From contig CAWDWD010000018.1 in the NCBI GenBank assembly GCA_963805915.1, positions 17,737 to 81,736 on the forward strand: a DNA stretch of 64,000 bases, written 5' to 3'. How positions within the stretch are numbered: the stretch's first letter is position 1; the number at the start of each line of letters is the position of its first letter. This DNA comes from an uncultured Alphaproteobacteria bacterium (lineage in GTDB: Bacteria > Pseudomonadota > Alphaproteobacteria > Rhodospirillales > Defluviicoccaceae). The notes under the pieces are model-generated. The model did not search any database. It was given only the letters and a program-made list of their open reading frames with translations, and was not told the DNA's origin. Position numbers and translations under genes: made by a program. Below, one piece after another: positions 20,325 to 29,490 of the stretch.

Positions 20325-22879
20325 GCGGAACCCTCTACGGCCTGGGCATCGGTCCGGGCGATCCCGACCTCATCACCATCAAGGCAAAAGCACTGCTGGC
20401 ATCCGTTCCGGTTATCGCCTATCCGGCGCCCGAGGGCGGCGACAGTCTGGTCCGCGCGATCGCCGATCGGCACATCCCGGCGGGGCGCACCGAAATCGTC
20501 ATCTCGACGCCGATGCTCGCCGGCCGCTTTCCCGCCCACGATGTCTACGACCGCTACGCGGCGGTGATCGGTCAGCACCTCGATGAGGATCGCGATGTCG
20601 CCGTTCTGTGCGAGGGCGATCCGTTCCTCTACGGCTCGTTCATGTACCTCCATGACCGCCTGTCTGGGCGCTACCCGTGCGTGGTCGTGCCCGGCGTCTC
20701 GTCGCTCGGCGCGGTCGCCGCCGCGGCCGGGGTACAACTCGCCTCGCGCGACGAGGTCCTCAGCGTTTTGCCCGCGACCATTCCCGAAGACGAGCTCGAA
20801 GCGCGGCTCGCGCTCGGCGACGCCGCCGCCATCATGAAGGTCGGCCGTCATCTGCCGAAGGTCCGCCGGGTGCTGACACGGCTCGGGCTCGCCGACGACG
20901 CCCGCTATGTCGAACGCGCGACCATGACCGGCGAACGGGTTCTGCCGCTCAACGCCCCCGAACTCGGCACCGCGCCCTACTTCTCGATGATTCTGGTGCG
21001 GCGAGCGGCGTCGAGATCGCGCCCGCCCCTTGCCGAAAAGCCGGCCACCGCACTGCCGGTGGGCGCGGCGCTGGTCGCCCTGTCGCCGGGCGGTGCGGAG
21101 CTGGCAAGACGATTGCAGCCGATCCTGCCGCAAAGCCGGGTCCATGGCCTCGCCGGGCGGGCCGACGGCGCCGACGAGTGCTTTGCCGAGACGGTAGCGC
21201 ACCTGCGCGCGCTCTTTGCCGCCGGCACGCCGATCGTCGGCATTTGCGCCGCCGGGATTCTGATCCGCGCGCTCGCGCCGGTTCTCGCCGACAAGACCAG
21301 CGAACCTCCGGTGGTCGCCGTTGCGGAAACCGGCACCGCCGTGGTGCCTTTGCTCGGCGGCCATCATGGCGCCAACCGGCTGGCGACGGCCATTGCCACC
21401 GCCACCGGCGGCACTGCCGCCGTCACCACCGGCGGCGACGTCCGCCTTGGGCTCGCGCTCGACGACCCGCCACCCGGCTGGCGGGTCGCTAATCCGTCGG
21501 CGGCAAAGACTATCGTCGCAGCGCTGCTCAGTCATCGCCCGGTACAGCTTTCGGTGGCCGCCGGGGACGGCTCCTGGTTGCGCGCGGCGAACGCGCCCTT
21601 CGCCGATGCCGCGACCGCCGGGCAGGCCGCCTTGCGCGTCCGCGTCACCGACCGGCGGACCGAGGCCTCGGCGACGACCCTTGTTCTGCATCCGCCGGTT
21701 CTGGTGGTCGGCGTCGGCTGCGTCCGGGGCGCGGCGGACGGCGAGGTCATCGCTTTGGTCGAGAACACGCTGGCGGCGCATGGTTTAGCCGCCGGCGCGG
21801 TCGCCTGCGTCGCCTCGCTCGATCTCAAGGCCGACGAGCCCGCCGTTCATGCTGTTGCCGCCGGCCTTGGCGTGCCCGCCCGGTTCTTTACCGCCGAGGA
21901 GCTCGAACGCGAAGCGCCACGGCTGGCCAATCCGTCCGACGTCGTCTTCGCCGAGGTCGGCTGCCATGGCGTCTGCGAGGGCGCGGCCTTGGCCGCCGCC
22001 GGGGCGGACGCGACCTTGTTCGTCGCCAAGACCCGCTCGGCCAACGCCACCTGCGCGGTCGCGCGGGCGCGCTTCGACATCGACGCCGGCTCGGTCGGCC
22101 GGCCGCGCGGTCGGCTCAGCGTCGTCGGCATCGGTCCCGGCCAGCGCGCGTGGCGAACGCCCGAGGTCAGCGCCGCGCTGAGCGAGGCGTCCGATGTGGT
22201 CGGTTACGGGCTTTACCTCGAGCTGATCGTCGATCTTCTCGGCGGCAAGCGCTGCCACACCTCGAACCTGGCGGAAGAGGCCGAGCGCGTCCGCCTCGCC
22301 CTCGACTTGGCCTCCGAGGGCCGCAGGGTCTGCCTCGTCAGTTCCGGCGACGCCGGGATTTACGCCCTGGCGAGCCTCGTGTTCGAGCTGCTCGACCGCG
22401 AGAACCGGCCGCAGTGGAACCGGGTCGAGATCATCGTCGCGCCCGGGGTCTCGGCGCTGCAGGCCGCGGCCGCGCGGATCGGTGCCCCGCTTGGCCACGA
22501 CTTCTGCACCATATCGCTCTCCGATCTGCTGACACCGCGCGAGGAGATCGAGCGCCGTCTGGCCGCCGCCGGCGCCGGCGATTTCGTAGTCGCGCTGTAC
22601 AATCCGGTCTCCAAGCGCCGCCGCGATTTGCTGGTCTCGGCGCGTGAGATCTTGTTGCGCCATCGCGCGGGCGACACCCCCGTCGTGCTCGCGCGCAATC
22701 TCGGCCGCGACGGCGAGCGGCTGGAGGTGATTACCCTGGCCGAGCTCGCGCCCGAGCGCGCCGATATGCTGACGGTCGTTCTTATCGGCAATCGGCAAAC
22801 CCGCCTCATCACGAGGGGCATGAGCCGCTGGGTCTATACGCCGCGCGGCTATGAGCGAAAGCTGGAGGCGGCGCCGTGA
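20321..22879 (+). CDS. triple fusion: precorrin-2 C20-methyltransferase (CobI/CbiL) + CbiG + precorrin-3B C17-methyltransferase (CobJ/CbiH)
   Basis: A single 852-aa ORF.
- aa 1-~235: LYGLGIGPGDPDLITIKA...APYFSMILV (CobI).
- Middle: VALSPGGAELARRL...VVPLLGGHHGAN...VGVGCVRG (CbiG).
- C-terminus: LSVVGIGPGQRAWRTPE...SSGDAGIYA...YNPVSKRR (CobJ). Confidence 0.8.
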   Translation: MSGTLYGLGIGPGDPDLITIKAKALLASVPVIAYPAPEGGDSLVRAIADRHIPAGRTEIVISTPMLAGRFPAHDVYDRYAAVIGQHLDEDRDVAVLCEGDPFLYGSFMYLHDRLSGRYPCVVVPGVSSLGAVAAAAGVQLASRDEVLSVLPATIPEDELEARLALGDAAAIMKVGRHLPKVRRVLTRLGLADDARYVERATMTGERVLPLNAPELGTAPYFSMILVRRAASRSRPPLAEKPATALPVGAALVALSPGGAELARRLQPILPQSRVHGLAGRADGADECFAETVAHLRALFAAGTPIVGICAAGILIRALAPVLADKTSEPPVVAVAETGTAVVPLLGGHHGANRLATAIATATGGTAAVTTGGDVRLGLALDDPPPGWRVANPSAAKTIVAALLSHRPVQLSVAAGDGSWLRAANAPFADAATAGQAALRVRVTDRRTEASATTLVLHPPVLVVGVGCVRGAADGEVIALVENTLAAHGLAAGAVACVASLDLKADEPAVHAVAAGLGVPARFFTAEELEREAPRLANPSDVVFAEVGCHGVCEGAALAAAGADATLFVAKTRSANATCAVARARFDIDAGSVGRPRGRLSVVGIGPGQRAWRTPEVSAALSEASDVVGYGLYLELIVDLLGGKRCHTSNLAEEAERVRLALDLASEGRRVCLVSSGDAGIYALASLVFELLDRENRPQWNRVEIIVAPGVSALQAAAARIGAPLGHDFCTISLSDLLTPREEIERRLAAAGAGDFVVALYNPVSKRRRDLLVSAREILLRHRAGDTPVVLARNLGRDGERLEVITLAELAPERADMLTVVLIGNRQTRLITRGMSRWVYTPRGYERKLEAAP

Positions 22880-23676
22880 GCGTTCATTTCATCGGCGCCG
22901 GTCCAGGCGCGCCCGACCTGATCACGGTGCGCGGCCTGAATGCGATCCGCCGCTGCCCGGTGGTACTCTACGCCGGCTCGCTGGTCCCCGCCGAAGTGGT
23001 CGCCGAGGCGCCGGCCGGCGCTCGGGTCATCGACACCGCGCCGCTCAACCTCGACCAGATCGTCGCCGAAATGAAGCGCGCCAATTCCGCCGGTTTTGAC
23101 GTCGCGCGAGTCCACTCCGGTGATCCGTCGCTCTACGGCGCCATCGCCGAGCAGATGCGCCGGCTCGACGGCCTTGGCATCGACTACGACATCATTCCGG
23201 GTGTCCCCGCCTATGCCGCGGCGGCGGCGATCCTCAAGTGCGAATTTACGCTTCCCGAGGTCAGCCAATCGCTGATCCTGACCCGGACCGCGACGAGAAG
23301 CTCGGCGATGCCGCCTGGCGAGGAGCTGGCCGCCCTGGGTGCCAGCCGGGCGACGCTCGCCATTCACCTTTCGATCACCAACCTCGCCAAGGTCGTTCGC
23401 GATCTCGTGCCGCACTACGGCGCCGATTGTCCGGTCGCTGTCGTCTACCGGGCGAGCTGGCCCGACGAAATGGTGCTGCGCGGGACGCTTAGCGACATCC
23501 GCACCAAGGTCAAAGCCGCCGGCATCACCCGCACGGCCCTGATCATCGTTGGTCGGGTCTTGAGCGGGCGGGCGTTTTCCGATAGCCGCCTCTACGCCGC
23601 CGACCATCACCACATCCTCCGCCCCCCCGTTCGCACCGCCGGCAACGACGCCGCCGGCAACAACGACGGCGCTTAA
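22876..23676 (+). CDS. cobM: precorrin-4 / cobalt-precorrin-4 C11-methyltransferase
   Basis: VHFIGAGPGAPDLITVRG, LYAGSLVP and VHSGDPSLYGA motifs. The start overlaps the upstream stop. Confidence 0.88.
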   Translation: MSVHFIGAGPGAPDLITVRGLNAIRRCPVVLYAGSLVPAEVVAEAPAGARVIDTAPLNLDQIVAEMKRANSAGFDVARVHSGDPSLYGAIAEQMRRLDGLGIDYDIIPGVPAYAAAAAILKCEFTLPEVSQSLILTRTATRSSAMPPGEELAALGASRATLAIHLSITNLAKVVRDLVPHYGADCPVAVVYRASWPDEMVLRGTLSDIRTKVKAAGITRTALIIVGRVLSGRAFSDSRLYAADHHHILRPPVRTAGNDAAGNNDGA

Positions 23677-23710
23677 GCTTGAAATGCTTGCCAGGCCGCG
23701 CCAACCTTGC

Positions 23711-23732
23711 CTGAGCAGCATGAAATGCTCAG
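23711..23732 (+). terminator. hairpin downstream of cobM
   Basis: CTGAGCA-gcatgaaa-TGCTCAG is a 7-bp stem followed by an A/T-rich ATTAATCTCATT. It lies 35 nt after the cobM stop. Confidence 0.3.
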
Positions 23733-23735
23733 ATT

Positions 23736-23776
23736 AATCTCATTCGCCGCTGGCGCATTCTCGGTGAAGCCGAACA
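23736..23776 (+). repeat. 41-nt remnant copy of the 3' end of an mntA-like gene
   Basis: It matches 24133-24173 (the real mntA 3' end) at 38 of 41 positions. In frame it reads NLIRRWRILGEAEQ, against NPIRRRRILGEAEQ in mntA. Confidence 0.7.
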
Positions 23777-23874
23777 AGAGACGTTCAGAACGTCTAATTC
23801 GTGCTGCCACATCCCAACCCGTCAATCGGCGTCGCAGGCGGGCGCCTCTGTAAACGGTCTTAAGAGGACGATTA

Positions 23875-24189
23875 ATGCATCCCCTGCTGTTGAAGCATCA
23901 AAGTGCCGTAGCGGAGTTGTGCCGCCGCCATGGCGTGCGCCGGCTAGATGCCTTCGGCTCGGCGGTTCGTGGCAATGATTTCGACCAGGCCCGCAGTGAC
24001 GTGGATTTCCTGGTGGAGTTCGGTGCTGAAACCGACGATCTCGGCGCTTTTCTCGACTTCAAGGAGGCGCTGGAAGCGCTGCTTGACCGCCCCGTCGACC
24101 TCGTCGATCGCCAAGCCGTGGAGTTAAGCCGCAATCCCATCCGCCGCCGGCGCATTCTCGGTGAAGCCGAACAGATCTACGCCGCCTAG
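23875..24189 (+). CDS. mntA: MNT-type nucleotidyltransferase antitoxin (MntA)
   Basis: 104 aa. The GSAVRGNDFDQARSDVDFLVEF minimal nucleotidyltransferase motif (GS...D.D) is present. Confidence 0.85.
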   Translation: MHPLLLKHQSAVAELCRRHGVRRLDAFGSAVRGNDFDQARSDVDFLVEFGAETDDLGAFLDFKEALEALLDRPVDLVDRQAVELSRNPIRRRRILGEAEQIYAA

Positions 24190-24192
24190 AAA

Positions 24193-24534
24193 ATGGCCGA
24201 GCACGACGCGGCGCTGATCCTCGACATGGCACTTGCGGCGCGCGACGCGATAGGCTTCGTGGCGGATTTGGACGAACCGGCGTTCCTTGCCAGCCGCTTG
24301 CATCAAAATGCGGTAATCCATTCCCTCGCGGTGATTGGCGAGGCGGCGGGCAAGGTTTCGCCAGACTTCCGTGCCGCCCATCGCGAGATTCCTTGGCGCG
24401 ACATTACCGGTATGCGCCATCGGCTGATCCACGGCTATGCCGAGGTGCGGCTGGATATGGTCTGGGCCGTGGTCAAGGGACGACTGCCGTTCCTGCTTAA
24501 GGCTCTGGCCCCATGCCTGCCAAGCGGGGTCTAA
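24193..24534 (+). CDS. hepT: HEPN/DUF86 toxin (HepT)
   Basis: 113 aa. The RHRLIHGY (R-x4-H-x-Y) HEPN motif is present. It starts 4 nt after mntA. Confidence 0.85.
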   Translation: MAEHDAALILDMALAARDAIGFVADLDEPAFLASRLHQNAVIHSLAVIGEAAGKVSPDFRAAHREIPWRDITGMRHRLIHGYAEVRLDMVWAVVKGRLPFLLKALAPCLPSGV

Positions 24535-25295
24535 ACCATTAGCCGCGATCCCAGCCAGGCGATGGCGGCCTCGACGGTTTCGACCCGATCGCCCGGCGGC
24601 GGCGTGGGCCGGCGGATCATGATCACGCTTACGCCGAGGGAGCGCGCGGCGGTTAATTTGGCCTCGGCGGGTCCGCCGCTTTGCTTGCTGACCAGGGTGT
24701 CGATGCGGTTTTCGGCCAACAGCGCCTGTTCGGCCTCGACGGTGAACGGCGGCCGGCCGATGATGGTTTTGTAGGCGGCGAGCGGCAACGGCGCGGGTGC
24801 CGGCTGGAGCAGCCGAACCAGGAACCAATTGCCGTTCAACTTCGCGAAGGCGTCAAGATCGCCAGGTCCGGTGGTCAAAAAGATCCGCCGGCCGGCGGTC
24901 TCGACCATGCCCGCTGCCGCTGCGAAGTCGGCGGCCTCGCGCCAGTCATCGCCCGGTTGCGCCCGCCACGACACGCGGAGCAGCTTCAGCCGGGGAACGC
25001 CGGTTTGCGCGCAGGCGGCGGCGGCGTTGGCGGCGATGGTCGCGGCGAACGGGTGGGTCGCGTCGACGACGAGGTCGATCCGCTCGCGGTGAAGATAGGC
25101 GGCGAGCCCGCCGGCGCCGCCGAACCCGCCGATCCGCACGCTGCCCGCGATGGCTCCGGGCGCGGCGGTTCGCCCGGCGAGCGACGTGACAATCTCAAGG
25201 CGGGGCGCGAAGCGGGCGATGGCGGCGCGGGCCAGAGCGGCCGCCTCGCTGGTGCCGCCGAGGATCAACAGCCGCGCTGGCCACACTTCAGGCAT
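24531..25295 (-). CDS. cobK: precorrin-6A / cobalt-precorrin-6A reductase
   Basis: From the internal ATG it reads MPEVWPARLLILGGTSEAAALA...VSKQSGG, typical of CobK/CbiJ. Confidence 0.85.
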   Translation of the reverse strand: MPEVWPARLLILGGTSEAAALARAAIARFAPRLEIVTSLAGRTAAPGAIAGSVRIGGFGGAGGLAAYLHRERIDLVVDATHPFAATIAANAAAACAQTGVPRLKLLRVSWRAQPGDDWREAADFAAAAGMVETAGRRIFLTTGPGDLDAFAKLNGNWFLVRLLQPAPAPLPLAAYKTIIGRPPFTVEAEQALLAENRIDTLVSKQSGGPAEAKLTAARSLGVSVIMIRRPTPPPGDRVETVEAAIAWLGSRLMV

Positions 25296-26406
25296 CGAAA
25301 CCGGCGTGGCCGACGAGCCCGCCGGAACGATCGAAGACGACGATCTCGACTTCGCCGCTCTTGTCCATCGCCGCGCGCGCGATCGCTTTTGCTTGCGCGG
25401 CGACCGCGTCGGCGAGCGGCAGGCCCAGCGCGGTCGCGCCGGCCAGGACCTGGGCTGCGGTGTTGGCCGTCCGCGCCTCATCGACCAAACCCGGCGGCGC
25501 GTCAAGGGTTGCCAGCAGCGCCGCCAATTTCGCCATATCCACCCGCGACTTGGCGGAGTGGAGGAAGAGGTGGCCCTGCGCCAGCTTGACGAGCTTGGCG
25601 AAGCCGCCGGCGATACTCAGGCGCGCGACCGGGTGACGGCGAAGGTACTTGAGCGTGCCGCCGACGAAATCGCCCATGTCGATCAGCGCCGCGTCGGGCA
25701 GATTGTAAAGGCGCTTGACCGCGGCCTCGGAGGTGCTGCCGGTGGCGGCGGCGAGATGGCCTAGCCCGGCGGCGCGGGCGACATCGATACCCCGATGAAT
25801 TGAGTGGATCCAAGCGGCGCAGGAAAATGGAACGACCACCCCGGTCGTTCCCAGGATCGACAGGCCGCCTTTGATCCCGAGCCGGCCGTTAAGCGTTTTT
25901 GCCGCCAGCGCTTCGCCACCGGGAACTGAAATGGTGATCACCACGTCGCCGCCGGCGCCGTAAGTCGCGGCGATGGTCTCGATCGCCGTTCGGATCATCG
26001 CCCGCGGGCTGGAATTGATCGCGGGCTCGCCGACCGCCAGCGGCAGGCCAGGCAGGGTGACGGTGCCGACGCCCGGACCGGCGCGAAAGACAACGCCGCT
26101 GCCCGCCGGCCCCATCGCCACGGTGGCGATAATCTCGGCGCCATGGGTCACGTCCGGGTCATCACCGGCATCCTTGATGACGCCGGCGGTGACGCTGTCG
26201 GCATCGCGACGGCGAGTGGCGATGGCGAGCGTCGCCGTGCCCCCGCGCGGCAGCGCGACACTGACGGTTTCGGGAAAAGCAGCGCTCAGCAGCGCCCGGT
26301 AGGCCGCGGCGGCCGCGGCGGTGGCGCAGGTGCCGGTTGTCCAACCCTTGCGCAGGACGGTCCTGGGGGGCGTCTCGGGGGGTGTCTCGGGAAGCGTCTC
26401 GTCCAT
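25288..26406 (-). CDS. cbiD: cobalt-precorrin-5B (C1)-methyltransferase
   Basis: LRKGWTTGTCATAAAAAAYRAL and GLSILGTTGVVVPFSCAAW motifs. The stop overlaps the cobK start by 8 nt. Confidence 0.88.
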   Translation of the reverse strand: MDETLPETPPETPPRTVLRKGWTTGTCATAAAAAAYRALLSAAFPETVSVALPRGGTATLAIATRRRDADSVTAGVIKDAGDDPDVTHGAEIIATVAMGPAGSGVVFRAGPGVGTVTLPGLPLAVGEPAINSSPRAMIRTAIETIAATYGAGGDVVITISVPGGEALAAKTLNGRLGIKGGLSILGTTGVVVPFSCAAWIHSIHRGIDVARAAGLGHLAAATGSTSEAAVKRLYNLPDAALIDMGDFVGGTLKYLRRHPVARLSIAGGFAKLVKLAQGHLFLHSAKSRVDMAKLAALLATLDAPPGLVDEARTANTAAQVLAGATALGLPLADAVAAQAKAIARAAMDKSGEVEIVVFDRSGGLVGHAGFDA

Positions 26407-26546
26407 GAGCCGATTGTAGCCGCGCGATGCGCCGCGGAGATGGCTAAATTTGACAGCGGCGGGGTTTCGACCGTATGTCATAGAGGATTGTGCGCGCGCG
26501 AAGCCGGTTCGCCGGACGACCGGTCCGGATGGCGCAACGGTTTGTA

Positions 26547-27317
26547 ATGGATCTCGACGCAACGATTTTTGAACTCCTTGGCGCCGCCGCCGTCGAATGC
26601 CACACCGTGGTGACGACCAACGGCGGGTTGCTGACCAGCCTGTTTGCAGCCGGTCTGCTCGGCAGCATGACCCACTGTGTCGGAATGTGCGGGCCGTTTG
26701 TCATCGGCCAGCTCGTCGCCCGGCTCGAGGCCCGGCCGGCCGCCGAAATGCGCGAGTTCCACCGCCTCGCCGGCGCGGCGCTGGCGCCCTATCACCTTGG
26801 CCGGGCGACCACCTACGCCGGGCTCGGCGCCGTGGCCGGCGGTCTCGCTGGCGGGCTGATGGACCTCGCCGGCCTGAAGTGGCTGTCGGCGCCCCTGCTC
26901 GGTTTGGCGGCGCTGTTCTTCGCTGGGTACGCCCTGCAGCGGCTGGGCGTCGTCATGCCTTGGCTCGGCCGGGGCGGCGAAAGCTGGTGGTCACGTCATG
27001 TCGGTGGACTGGCCCGCCCACTGTTCACCCGTCCCGTCGGCTGGCGCGGCTACGCGCTCGGCTTGGCGCTGGGATTCATTCCGTGCGGCCTGCTCTACGG
27101 CGCGTTGGCAGCGGCGGCGGCGAGCGGCGGGCCGCTGTCCGGCGCCATCGGCATGGTTGCCTTCGCCGCCGGGACGGTGCCGGCGCTGATTGCCGTCGGC
27201 CTCGCCGGTCACATCGCCGGGCGCACCTGGCAGCCACTGGCCGGCCGCCTGATGCCCGCGTTCATGCTGCTCAACGCCATCGCGCTGACCTACCTCGCGT
27301 GGCGAACAGTGGCGTGA
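26547..27317 (+). CDS. TauE/SafE-like (DsbD_2-type) membrane protein
   Basis: Multi-TM protein with a THCVGMCGPF cysteine motif in TM1. It lies upstream of sco. Confidence 0.6.
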   Translation: MDLDATIFELLGAAAVECHTVVTTNGGLLTSLFAAGLLGSMTHCVGMCGPFVIGQLVARLEARPAAEMREFHRLAGAALAPYHLGRATTYAGLGAVAGGLAGGLMDLAGLKWLSAPLLGLAALFFAGYALQRLGVVMPWLGRGGESWWSRHVGGLARPLFTRPVGWRGYALGLALGFIPCGLLYGALAAAAASGGPLSGAIGMVAFAAGTVPALIAVGLAGHIAGRTWQPLAGRLMPAFMLLNAIALTYLAWRTVA

Positions 27318-27349
27318 GCGGAAGGCAACATTGGAGATAAGGAAAGCAC

Positions 27350-28015
27350 GTGGATAAGAGGAAACAAGACCGCTCGCAGGGCTCGCCGCAGGCCTCATCC
27401 AAGCCTTTCGGCGGGATCTTGATCGCCTTCGCCATCGCAGCACTTCTTGTCGTCGCCTATTACGCCGGCCGCCACTATTTCGCGCCCGTCGGCAGCCGGA
27501 CCGCCGCGCTGAGCTCGACGACCAACAGCGCCGATATCGGCGGGCCGTTCAGCCTCGTCGACCAGGACGGCAAACCGGTGACGGAGGCCGACTACAAGGG
27601 CCGTTACATGCTGGTCTACTTCGGCTTTACCTATTGCCCCGACGTCTGCCCGACCTCGCTCGCGCGCAACGTTCATGCGCTCGACCTGCTCGGCCCCGCG
27701 GGCGACAAAATTCTGCCAATCATGATCAGCATCGATCCGGAGCGCGACACGCCCGAGCATCTCAAGGAGTACGTCGGGCTGTTCAGCCCGCGGATGGCCG
27801 GCCTGACCGGCACGCCCGAACAGGTTGCCGCGGCCGCCAAGGTCTACCGGATCTACTACGCCAAGGTCCCGGACCCCAAGGATCCCGGCCACTACACCAT
27901 GGATCACACCTCGATCACCTACCTGATGGGGCCCGACGGCCGCTTCGTCCAGCATTTCCGCCACGATCTGGCGCCGGACGAGATGGCGGCGCAGTTGCGC
28001 GCGATCCTCGGCTAA
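27350..28015 (+). CDS. SCO1/SenC-family copper chaperone
   Basis: An N-terminal TM segment, then the thioredoxin-fold motif FGFTYCPDVCP (CxxxC) and the distal His in HYTMDHTS. Confidence 0.85.
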   Translation: MDKRKQDRSQGSPQASSKPFGGILIAFAIAALLVVAYYAGRHYFAPVGSRTAALSSTTNSADIGGPFSLVDQDGKPVTEADYKGRYMLVYFGFTYCPDVCPTSLARNVHALDLLGPAGDKILPIMISIDPERDTPEHLKEYVGLFSPRMAGLTGTPEQVAAAAKVYRIYYAKVPDPKDPGHYTMDHTSITYLMGPDGRFVQHFRHDLAPDEMAAQLRAILG

Positions 28016-28038
28016 CGGACAGGTGGGCTGGACGATCG

Positions 28039-29361
28039 GTGGCGGCCGGCCTGATCATCGCCGCCCCCGCGTCGGGGAGCGGCAAAACGGTCTTCACCCT
28101 CGGCCTGCTGCGGCATCTGGCGCGACGCGGGGTCGCGGTCGCCTCGGCCAAAGTCGGACCAGACTACATCGACCCGGCGTTTCACGCGGCCGCCAGCGGA
28201 CGGCCCTGCATCAACCTCGACCCATGGGCGATGCGCCCGGAGATGCTTGCCGCCGCCGCCGTCCGGCTCCGTTCGGCCGCCGATTTGGTCATCTGCGAAG
28301 GCGTCATGGGGCTGTTTGACGGCGCCACCGCGACGGCGGGCTCGACCGCCGATCTCGCCGCCGGCCTCGACTGGCCGGTGGTTCTGGTCGTCGACGCCCA
28401 CGCCCAGGCGGCCTCGGCGGCGGCGGTTGTGCGCGGGTTCGCCAGCCACCGGCCGGATGTCACCGTCGCCGGTGTCGTCTTCAACCGCATCGGCAGCGAG
28501 CGACACGCAGCCGTGATTCGCGAAGCCTGCGCGCTGGCACTGCCAGAGGTCGCCGTTCTCGGCTGCCTGCCGCGGGCGGACGACCTGATCCTGCCCGAAC
28601 GCCACCTCGGATTGGTGCAGGCGCGCGAACACGAAGGCCTCGATGCCTTCCTCGATCGCGCCGCGGAAGCGATCGACGCTCACGTCGACGTCGACGCCCT
28701 CATCGGACTGGCCCAAGCTGGAAAAACGACAGGTGTTACCGGAACCCGATGGCCGATCCCGCCGCTCGGCCAGCGCATCGCCGTCGCCGACGATGCCGCG
28801 TTCGCCTTTCGCTATGCCCTCGTGATCGACGGTTGGCGGGCGGCTGGCGCCGAGATCGCGCCGTTTTCGCCGCTCGCCGGCGAACCTCCGGACGAACTCG
28901 CCGACGCGGTCTATCTGCCCGGCGGCTATCCGGAGCTACACGCCGGCCGGCTCGCCGGCAATGTGCGCTTTCTCGCCGGGTTGCGGGCCGCCGCCGGCCG
29001 GGGCGCGGTAATCCTTGGCGAGTGCGGCGGCTACATGGTTCTTGGTCATGGCCTGGTCGACAGCGACGGCGCGCGCCATCCGATGGCCGGACTTCTCGCG
29101 GTCGAGACCTCCTTCGCCGGGCGCCGGCTGCACCTCGGCTACCGCCGCGTCGCTTTGGCCGCCGACACCCCACTGGGGCAGCACGGCGCCGCCTACCGCG
29201 GTCACGAGTTCCACTACGCCCGGACGCTGAGCGAAGGCCCCGGCACGCCGCTGTTTCACGCCGCCGACGCCACCGGCCACAGCCTTGGAATCACCGGCCT
29301 CGTCGCAGGCAGCGTCATGGGCTCGTTCATCCACCTCGTCGATCGCGAGGGCGTCGGCTAG
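28039..29361 (+). CDS. cobB: cobyrinate a,c-diamide synthase
   Basis: P-loop IIAAPASGSGKT. C-terminal glutamine amidotransferase motifs ILGECGGYMVLG and GHEFHY. GTG start inferred at 28039. Confidence 0.82.
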   Translation: MAAGLIIAAPASGSGKTVFTLGLLRHLARRGVAVASAKVGPDYIDPAFHAAASGRPCINLDPWAMRPEMLAAAAVRLRSAADLVICEGVMGLFDGATATAGSTADLAAGLDWPVVLVVDAHAQAASAAAVVRGFASHRPDVTVAGVVFNRIGSERHAAVIREACALALPEVAVLGCLPRADDLILPERHLGLVQAREHEGLDAFLDRAAEAIDAHVDVDALIGLAQAGKTTGVTGTRWPIPPLGQRIAVADDAAFAFRYALVIDGWRAAGAEIAPFSPLAGEPPDELADAVYLPGGYPELHAGRLAGNVRFLAGLRAAAGRGAVILGECGGYMVLGHGLVDSDGARHPMAGLLAVETSFAGRRLHLGYRRVALAADTPLGQHGAAYRGHEFHYARTLSEGPGTPLFHAADATGHSLGITGLVAGSVMGSFIHLVDREGVG

Positions 29362-29490
29362 ACCCAGCGCCGGATTGTCTTCGCGAATCCCTGCGAACCG
29401 CGAGCGTTGACGCAGCCGGCCAAATGCCGCCACATTCGGAACGAACACGCGGTCGCTGCTCTGGTGGCCACGAGCGAGGAGAAAGCGACC

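Noticed and set aside
26407-26546. Possible cobalamin riboswitch in the cbiD / TauE-like divergent region (minus strand GGTCGAAACCCCGCCGCTGTCA; plus strand GCCGGACGACCGGTCC)
   Set aside because: The matches to the consensus are partial (about 11/16 to the B12 box). The 140-nt gap is too short for a full aptamer and the other conserved blocks are missing. An Rfam scan is needed to settle it.
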